In this document: positions 55,401 through 64,000 of the stretch, in pieces
Layout of the letters: each line of letters opens with the position of its first letter
How positions within the stretch are numbered: position 1 is the stretch's first letter
Assembly (NCBI GenBank): GCA_022605425.2
Contig: CM061256.1
Location: forward strand, 434,001 to 498,000
Reading direction: 5' to 3'
Origin: Hamiltosporidium tvaerminnensis FI-OER-3-3
Taxonomy: Eukaryota; Fungi; Microsporidia
DNA length: 64,000 bases
Translations under genes and position numbers: made by a program
The notes under the pieces: model-generated
Database searches by the model: none
Told to the model about the DNA's origin: nothing
The model's input: the letters and a program-made list of their open reading frames with translations, nothing else

Positions 55401-57921
55401 TTATATAAACGTAACGGATAACATGTTTTATTTTCCTTATTATTTATAATTGTTTTTTATACATGTATGGCGAGACGTTTGGGTGTTTTTAAAAGCTGGT
55501 GTAGCTCTAAACGACTTATAAAATTCATTTAAGAGGCTATAAACAGGTTTGATAGGCTCTGACGACCAAAATTTTAAATTTAAGATAAAGAATTCTATTT
55601 CGCAATTTCCTATTTTTTTGGGATTTTTTATTAATTGCGATATAATAATCGTTTACAGTATGAGTTTCTTGGTTATATTGGCCGAATTGTTTTCAAGAAA
55701 CAATGTTAAAAAAATCAATTAAACGAGGACATACCAACCCGTAATTAAACCGAAAAGGCACTGTTTCGCTAATATAAAAGTCTAATTTTATAGAGTTTCT
55801 AGGCGACGGTCATTTGCGGCAAATATGTGTCAAATGGGCTTATTTTGCGGAGTATTGGGCGGATAAAGCATATTTAGGTGTATTTTGTTCATTCCATATG
55901 TACATGTATAGACAGAGTCTTCATTTGATGTGCATTTCAAGCAAATTATACATCCGGTTTTAAAATCTGTTGAAGTTATATTTTCGAATAATGCACTTAT
56001 AAATCAGAAAATGAACAAAATAAACAAATATTTGTCGATTACGACATTGGCTTCGTCGACAGAAAGATATGATATTTTGCAAAATCAAAGAAAAATTTAA
56101 TTATATATACAATTTTTCAAGCAAAAAATTTATGGATAAATTAATAAAAGCAAATTTTACTCGGGTCAATAAATACAACAAGACAATAAATAAATTCCGA
56201 AAGAAGATTTAGGAAATCGATAAGTAAAAATGCTTTCATATACGAATAAGAGGCAATCTACCAAAATGATTTTGATAGCTCAAGATAAAATAATATGTAA
56301 AAAACACAGATTGAGCTTTAAAAATGTATTCAATGAAGATAGGTGAAATAAAATGCTATAAAATCTTAGGTCTACATAAGTTGTTCTCTTTTCATGCTAA
56401 GATATCAAACAATTAATTATATAACTTTAATTAAAAAAATGCACTTCCTTTGTTTAAAATTTAATCAAAGAGATGAAGAATTTAGGAGGATTTTGATGTC
56501 AATTAAAGATGGAAATAAAAGTATAAATGATTTATTTTTCACATGAAAAGCCTAAGAAAGTATTTGCAAGAAGCGAATGCGAAAGCTTTTCAATAGAATA
56601 CGACAGAGAGCAGTAATTTTGAGCTGATTTCATTCGAAACTCATTCTATAGATCATCCTCTGTATAAAACAATTTAATCATCAAGGAGTGTTAATTTAAC
56701 TTCTGCGGTTTCTATGCCGGTGATGTTTTTTTGCGTATTTAATTTTTTATCATCGTTTTAGGGGTTTATTTTTTATATTTTAATTTACCAGTTGATTTGA
56801 AATTCTTAGAACGAAGAAAAATATAATCGACCGTTGGTCAAACGAATGTTACTGAAAAAAAATAAAAATAATCAGGTCTAATATTTTTAAAACTGTATTT
56901 ATATTTTTTATGGTGTATATGTAAGCGATTTTCTATATACAGAAATATACAGCAGCTTTAAATGAGTTCGATAATGATTGATTGACAAAATTAAAGAAAA
57001 ATGGAGCTACCTTTGTTTAATTTAAGAGGAATTTTTGTGATTAGATTTGAATATCTGTCTATTGAATTATAAGTACAGAACTAAAATTTATCTATTTTTA
57101 CTCTCTTATTTAAAAATATCAGAATTTAGTTCTATATGGTATTAAAATATAAAAATCAAATATTTTACAAGTGTTGAATATCATTTTCATCTCAAAGAAT
57201 TGACATATGTTATTTTGGTGTAAAAATATTTTTAGAATCCCTTGGTGATTGTCTCTTGTCAATCCTGTTTTTCTTGATTTTCTTGTTAGAAGCTGAAGTA
57301 GAAAATAAACACATAGATTGAGAAACTTCCAGTACATATCTAAAAAAATTGGATATCGAATTAAATTTACACTACTCTAATGAATTATCGAGCAACGTGA
57401 ACATTTTTATTACAAAATATTTCACATTATATTTTATTAATAATCGTCTGGTAACATGATAGGAACAATGTATTTGATTTATATCATTAAAAAACTACAC
57501 TTAAATTTTTTCCTTCATGAATTTAAATTATTTTTCTATATCTATGAGTAATCCTATATAAACCATATAATTTAAAAAAATATGAACAAATATTATTTTT
57601 TAACGATTTTCACCAAAAAAATCTAGAATGACAGAATTTAGCAGTTTTAAAAAAAACTTAATTAGTAAATGAATCGAAATTGACTGAATCGATTTTGAAA
57701 CACTTATATGAATCGAATAATATTTTAGAATGATAATACAATCAGAAATTTTGGTCAAAAGAAAAAACTTAGTTAATGATTTTGAAAAAAATAATATAAA
57801 TAAATTGGAATAGGAAATATTTGTAAACGTATAAACTCAGAATTAACGGATTAAAAGGGTAAGTTATATTTTTTTAAAAAAATGTCATAAAAACTTAAAA
57901 TGCTATTTTAAAATATTAATT

Positions 57922-59916
57922 TTAATTTTCGCTGAGACATGTTAATCTTCCAAAAATTATCAATATCTTTTTTATATTCTTATTGCAATAAAAAAAAGAC
58001 TTTGCAATATATTTATCTGGATATAACATATTATTTAATCCAACTTTTATAAAATGATTAAATATGACACAAAGAGCTTCCGAAATTTCCATTAAGATCT
58101 TTAGATCCAATTTCCGTATTAACAAATTATTAATTTTATATTGATGTACGATATCTTCGATGCAAAGTAGATCCTTTCTAACATAGCTACTATCTTCATC
58201 TCGAAAATTATTTAAATAAAGTAACTCGGTTTTAAAAAAATCGATGTACGATTCTATAAGATTTACATAAATACATTCAATATCTAATTGATTATTAAAC
58301 TTTAATACAGATGAATTTACGTAAAGTCTCTTAAATAAACGATTGATCCTATTTCCTGACTTAGAATCTGTAATATTTGAAATGCCTTGCCTTTTTAATT
58401 CTGAAATCAATGATATTATCATTTCGGGGTTCATTCTGAAAATAGAATCTGCTATAACTCTACTGAAATTTACATGACAACCAAATGTTATATGTAGATC
58501 TATGCTTTTGTACATCGCATTGTTGAATACAAATTCGAGCATAGAAAAATATTTCCTCGAGATTTTCGCACATCTATAAATTTTTTTTGCGATTCCATAA
58601 AAAATTACAAATAATGTTTTAAGAACACGAAATGCATCATTATCTCCGTTATAAACATTAAAATTCTTGTATTTATTGAATATCACTGTATCTTTTTTTC
58701 TTATATTGAGCAGTATCGAATCAGGCTGCACATTACAGAGTGATTCGGCTGCTTTAATAAGTAGAATCCACAAGCATGAATTTCGAACGAAATCCATGTC
58801 ATCGAGAATAATATTTCTTATAAAATACTTTATATTAACTATACCGGGGAAATATGATAGTAATGGAGAATTTGATTTGCAGAGATTGTAATTCATCAGA
58901 AGAATATTCATTTCGTGAGCCAAATATTCTATTCTTTTTTTGGCGTAAAATTTTGACCAAAATCTCTCTTCTATAGCAAATATTTGATCTATTAAATTAT
59001 AAAAGGGACGATAATCTGTGTACAAAAAATATCCGTTGATAGAAAAATCACCTTGAATAAAATCTTCTATAACAGAAAACTCTATATATTCCCTGTCCAA
59101 ATACTGAAATATATCGTAAAATCTACCGCGTGTATATATCATTTCATCAAAGGAATTTACATCCGGGTTAAAGGATTTATTATTGGGGCATCTATTGATT
59201 GAGTTGTAGGACGATCTATTTTTCTTCGCAGATCTGAAGGAATTGGATGGCTCTAATTGAGTTTTTTCAAAGCAAGCGGCCTTTGAATCTGATAAGGAAT
59301 TATCAGATTGTAGATAGGCACCTGTTGATACAGCATTCGAATCTGATTCATACCTGCAATAATGATAACATTTTTCACGGTTACTATCAAAATTTTTATC
59401 ATGTCGTTTATTATGCCTTTCTTCTGTATCAAAATTTAATGATTCTCTTCTTGACTCGCAAAAACATTTATTTTCAAAAACAGAATCGGTATTTTTATCT
59501 CCAACTGAGCTTTTTTTATAAGGAAAATCTCGGGATCTTTGACTTTTTTTTATCCTTTGTTCATATTCGAAAGGTTCGTTATCCCTCATATGTTTTCTTT
59601 TTCTACAAAAAGGGTCACTATTGTGTGAATAACAGAATAACTTGTCCTTTTGACCTTCTTGTCCAATTTCTTCTATACTTCCACCCCTAGATGTTATATT
59701 TCTTGGATATGAAACTATATGAAAGTCATTATGTTCAATTCTAGAGATATTTTTAGAAAAATAAATTCTTTGATTGTGCAATGGTTCACTTGTATTCCTG
59801 TTTTCTACCAAGAAATCATTATCGCCTTCATCGTAATTCTTCCTTTTTTGTATCTTATATTGCGATAAAAATGCAAAATTTAGTAAAAGAATTAAAATCG
59901 ATATTCGTATTTTCAT
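57922..59916 (-). CDS. Putative secreted lineage-specific protein, paralogue 2 (664 aa)
   Basis: Intact ORF. The track's TTG start at 59937 is less likely than the ATG at 59916, which is preceded by GTCCCT and gives MKIRISILILLLNFAFLS (signal-peptide-like). A polar or basic N-terminal region of ~250 aa precedes a conserved ~400-aa C-terminal domain shared with 48173-50147. Confidence 0.92.
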   Translation of the reverse strand: MKIRISILILLLNFAFLSQYKIQKRKNYDEGDNDFLVENRNTSEPLHNQRIYFSKNISRIEHNDFHIVSYPRNITSRGGSIEEIGQEGQKDKLFCYSHNSDPFCRKRKHMRDNEPFEYEQRIKKSQRSRDFPYKKSSVGDKNTDSVFENKCFCESRRESLNFDTEERHNKRHDKNFDSNREKCYHYCRYESDSNAVSTGAYLQSDNSLSDSKAACFEKTQLEPSNSFRSAKKNRSSYNSINRCPNNKSFNPDVNSFDEMIYTRGRFYDIFQYLDREYIEFSVIEDFIQGDFSINGYFLYTDYRPFYNLIDQIFAIEERFWSKFYAKKRIEYLAHEMNILLMNYNLCKSNSPLLSYFPGIVNIKYFIRNIILDDMDFVRNSCLWILLIKAAESLCNVQPDSILLNIRKKDTVIFNKYKNFNVYNGDNDAFRVLKTLFVIFYGIAKKIYRCAKISRKYFSMLEFVFNNAMYKSIDLHITFGCHVNFSRVIADSIFRMNPEMIISLISELKRQGISNITDSKSGNRINRLFKRLYVNSSVLKFNNQLDIECIYVNLIESYIDFFKTELLYLNNFRDEDSSYVRKDLLCIEDIVHQYKINNLLIRKLDLKILMEISEALCVIFNHFIKVGLNNMLYPDKYIAKSFFYCNKNIKKILIIFGRLTCLSEN

Positions 59917-59930
59917 AGGGACTAAATATT
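59917..59930 (-). promoter_or_regulatory. CCC motif upstream of the start codon
   Basis: The minus strand reads AATATTTAGT-CCC-T-ATG. Confidence 0.6.
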
Positions 59931-61751
59931 TTTTCAATTTATAGGCACAATAATAATTTGCTACATTTAGAAGTCAAAATATTAGTATTTTCCAAATTTT
60001 ATCATATTATAATTCATCTCAAAAAGGTAACTCTTTTCTTTTTTGATTTTTTCAAGTAGGTAAAAAAAAATTCAAAGTTTTTTTCATGTATTGCTTTCTT
60101 TTTTAAAAATGGAAATTTTTTTCGAAGCTGTGGTCGAAAAAGAAGCATTTAATCTTTCAATGTGAAAATATTTTTGACGTTTCTTCGGAATCCGCTCATT
60201 TAATCATGTACTTAATAATTTATCTTCTTTATCTCTAAAACTGTTCAATATATTTGCTTTTGGATTTATGGTTTATTTTCTAGGTTTATTAGAATCATGT
60301 GTTATAGATATTTTGAATAATATTCTATATTACTATTAGAGAGCACTTTTCTTATTTCCTTCTGCTTCTTAAACCATTTTGTAGATTATACCTTGAAGCA
60401 AAAATGGTGGTATTTCATTAGAGGCTACGAGATCAAATTCAACCTAATCTTATTTTCGTTTTTTAGATATCTGATTTACGGAATGTTGAGTTACAATAAA
60501 GAAAACTTTTAAAAACACGACGAACAAGAGATTATTTCATGGTATCTCATGCAATAATTTCTTTCACTGGTTTTACTTGCTCTTTAATTACATCTGGTCT
60601 AATATGATTTTCTTAATAATTCTTTAAACCTTTTTTCATCAAATCGAATGTTTTAACCATTTCAGAATTACTTTTGCAGCTGCTTTTCATCAAAATTTAT
60701 TCTTGAAAATAAGTTACATGCGCATAGCCTTTTTTTTTCTCGAAAAGGTTCTTTCTGTTGTTTTGCGAAAATTCTATTCATTATATTTAGTTTCTATATT
60801 TGTAGCAAATTAAAAAAATCACATATTGAGTATCATATATCCCAGTATTAAGAATTTCTCGTGTCTATATAAATATTTTATGCTTTCTCGTTAATATCAA
60901 CGAACGAAATATAAAAATTCTTGGCTAGTTTATCATATTAATAGAATAATATATAGCTATTAAACCTTTTTTAAACCTATAATTCATTAGTAAAGAATTT
61001 CAAAGTTAAATTATTCCGAGATTCATTAACCTAAAATAAATCAGTTTAAAAAATTGTTTATTTCAACACAAACATTCCTATTATTCTTCAATACTTTGTA
61101 ATAGCAAATATTCAAATCTTATTTTGTTCTTTAAACAATAGAATCAAAAGTCTAATATTCTTTCGAATAGCATAAAATGTATAATAGAATACAAAACACA
61201 CTATAGGTTAGTTTAAATTTTTAAAAATACAACTTTATTTAATTGTAAGATTTTATAATATCTATATACCTCTTCTAATAAAATATAATTCTGGCAAAAT
61301 AAAAAAATTTTCAGATATTTTAGCATGCTAGTCATATGGTTTTCAAAAAAAATATTCTTATTTGAGAAAATTCACTATGAAAATAAAAAGATGCAGAAAA
61401 TAAAAAGCTACAGTAAAATAACTGTATCGTGGTGGAAAAATATAATTAGAAAATTTAAAAAAATGCGAAAAATTACTTTAATCTAGGAATTTTTCTTTAA
61501 ATTTCTTGCATTATTTTACATATATTTTCTGACCATCTATTGGTATTTGGCTTTATTTCCATATTTTGAGCAAAGAATATAAAAAAAAACAAACCAGTTC
61601 AAAGAAAATGCACTTTTGAAGAAATGAAAAAAATCAGACTACTTTTTAATGTTATATCTTCATAAAAATCATTGCGTTTTTGGTTGATTGGATGTATTTT
61701 AACATCGTGCCTAAATGAAATATCAAATTTTTTTTCGTAATTTTCAAATAA

Positions 61752-61961
61752 GGTGGAGGGAGAATACCCACATTAAAAACTATCTGCTTGGGAATGAGCG
61801 TGTACAATTCGTGTGAAAATCATTGCTGCCATTGTGTTAGGATATAAACCACATCGGATATATAGACTGATTCCTTATGATACGAGTCGAAACAAATAAA
61901 AGTTTTTCATTTTTTGATACTCGACACTGAGAGATAAAGGAGGAATGAAATAAGGGAGCAA
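61752..61961 (+). mobile_element. 210-bp non-coding retroposon, family C copy 2
   Basis: Perfect 15-bp TSD GTAATTTTCAAATAA (61737-61751 and 61962-61976). The head GGTGGAGGGAGAATACCCACATTAAAAACTATCTGCTTGGGAATGAG..GTGTGAAAATCATTG..AAACCAC matches family A, but the body is different. Confidence 0.85.
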
Positions 61962-62269
61962 GTAATTTTCAAATAAAAAATTGTACTAAAAAGAAATATT
62001 AAAGCTCGGGTAAAGGCGACATTACAAACATTTATATTTATATGCTATATTTTTATGCAATTATAAGTAATGGCATTTTTCTACGGTTTACAAGCAATAT
62101 AGACGAATAAAATCGATAATATTATTTGATCTTGTTTTTCTCAACCAAATGGATTCGTAGACAAACAAACTAGAACTTTAAATTAATTTCAATAAAATTG
62201 AAATTAAAATTTGTTAATCATAGTTTATAATTTCAGAGAAATAGAAGTCCGGTCCAGTTTAAATTTTTT

Positions 62270-64000
62270 ATTCAATAAAATTCTGGGTTAAAATATTTTT
62301 ACCATTTTTTTATGTTTTCTTCTACCTCCTTAACCACTTCTGTCTCTTCTTCCAAATCCGACTCTTTATTTATGTTATTGGTCATTTCCTCTAAAGTGGT
62401 TCCTCCTTGTGAAATAAGGGGTGCTTTATTTTTCGGTTTAAAATTTTTTGCACCATCTTCCTCTTTCTTCTCTTCTTTTAAAGGGGGTGTTGGTTCCTTG
62501 TGCATCTCTGCTCTCATAATAACACCCATTGACGCTCTCTCCCAGCTCTCTTCGGCATTTAGTCCTGACTCAAGTCCTCTTAGTCGATCAAAGGAAATTG
62601 TTTCGACTGTCTTCTTAAGTACTAAAGACTGAATGTATGCCTCTACATTCATGGGTATTTCTAGTCTTTTAAGATGAGATTTATGGTATTTTGTCACAAT
62701 ACCGTCCCAGATCATTACGTAAGGGATTATCTCAACACTACACTTATAAATAAGACTCAACTCATTGGTTAGCAGGTCATACTTCCTAAGTTTTTCAGTT
62801 TCAACTATTTGAAGTGAATCTTGGGAAGTGATTCCTACTTCAATGTGTGTTATTTTATTCTTCTTCTTATCTAAAATAAATATGTCGGATCTGTTATTCC
62901 GAATTTTAACATCAGTTTTTATTCTGGTGTCCACTCTTATCTCTGCATACTCATTATCAAGAATCTCTTGAACTGAGTGACTCCTAATTCGTTTTGAAGA
63001 CTTAAACTTATATATATTTAAGAGAAGTAAGTGTAGGCATCTAACCACTTCATTATGCCGTCTTGTGTAGTCATGGCCTAGCATTTTTTCACATCGAGTT
63101 GCTAGATGATCTACAGTCTTACCAGACTTCCCGCAGTGTTGACACATACCATCTGCTCCCCAGAGTATTTTTCTATCCTGGATATAGCAGAACACTGCTT
63201 CATTTCGTGGCCTAATATTCCATCTCTTAACCATCTTGAAGAGTCAATAACACTCACAAGCTCATTTTTCCTTGCATTATATAACTTTGAATGGAGTTTT
63301 CGTTTTTTTATTTCGTTATATAGTTTTGCAAGTTGAGCTTCTTCTAAACTTTTCTTAGTGACTTCTTCTACCAACCTGTACTTTACTTTTAAGAAGCCTT
63401 TTATTAGTGCAAGATGTATTTTCTTATTATTCTGAACCTTGAGGATTGCTGCTCGTCAGTTGATATTTCTTTTCTTTTTTTAGACAATCAAAGAGTTGGA
63501 AAAGCATATGTTAGCCTGCAACTCAACAATAATAAGATCTCTTCCGAATTCTATTCTACGGAGGTACAAACGCTCTTGGCACCCTAAATGAAGATTCGTA
63601 GTATTCTTTACCAACACTGCACGCATTGCATCATATAACTTAGAGCGCTTCCGCTTCGTCTATGTAAACTTATAAGGTAGTTTAGCAAAGAGATTACCTA
63701 ATGGTTGATGGTTTGCAATAAAATTTTGCCTATAATCGTGTGCAAAAATGTCTCTTAGTCCTGATATCACTTTGCTAAGAACTTCTTAGGACGAATTACT
63801 TGTTCGAATTCCTCTAATATCTTCTATTGTACCAATGTATTTTAAAACACCTTTTCCTTAAGAAAAGTGACAGTATCTTCGCAACAGGTCGTTTATTGCA
63901 GACTTCTCTTTGTTTATCTTAAGCCAATCACTTTTAAAAATTCTTTTGCCTCATCTGTAATTGCACTCAATATTGAGATGTCTTTTGCAAGGAGGTTAAG
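62270..64000 (-). mobile_element. RLE-type (R4/Dong-like) non-LTR retrotransposon, copy 3, running off the window end
   Basis: RT C-terminal remnants (frameshifted, 63400-64000), followed by the CCHC + endonuclease ORF and a short 3' UTR (TTTTAACCCAGAATTTTATTGAATAAA). The TTTTAACC motif is shared with copies 1 and 2. Confidence 0.93.
62299..63234 (-). pseudogene. C-terminal CCHC zinc knuckle + restriction-like endonuclease segment of the retrotransposon ORF
   Basis: CQHCGKSGKTVDHLATRC (CX2CX8HX4C), RRHN, NRSDIFILD..IEVGIT and EKLRKYDLL form the PD-(D/E)xK RLE motif set. The segment is open for 311 codons but separated from upstream coding sequence by a frameshift near 63240. Confidence 0.9.

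Noticed and set aside
55458-55910. GC-richer segment bounded by TACATGTAT-like sequences (possible Tc1-type MITE)
   Set aside because: Beyond the short self-palindrome the two ends are not inverted repeats, and it is single-copy in the window.
1-64000. Prokaryotic features (CRISPR arrays, operons), rRNA and tRNA genes
   Set aside because: No regularly spaced repeats, rRNA-like tracts or tRNA cloverleaves were found by eye. tRNAscan-SE and Infernal would be needed to exclude small RNAs formally.

Overview
Very AT-rich, gene-poor eukaryotic DNA with no prokaryotic operons, rRNA, tRNA or CRISPR that I can see. It most resembles a large-genome microsporidian (Hamiltosporidium-like). This is inferred from intronless genes with a CCC motif just before the ATG and from the type of RLE retrotransposon present. 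Only two convincing cellular genes are present: tandem, co-oriented paralogues of a lineage-specific secreted protein family (48173-50147, split by a 1-nt frameshift; 57922-59916, intact). Roughly one sixth of the window is recognisable mobile DNA: (1) a decayed Buster/ZBED8-type hAT transposon; (2) three decayed RLE-type (R4/Dong-like) non-LTR retrotransposon 3' halves; (3) three ~230-bp bipartite RTE-derived SINE-like elements (family B); (4) four ~720-bp non-coding retroposons (family A) and two ~210-255-bp relatives (family C). Families A and C share a ~110-nt 5' head, some copies have clean 10-15-bp target-site duplications (TSDs), and family A shows apparent compensatory base-pair changes. 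The A/C structured-RNA retroposons are the best candidate here for an undescribed system. All alignments were done by eye, so boundaries are approximate to a few bp unless a TSD defines them.
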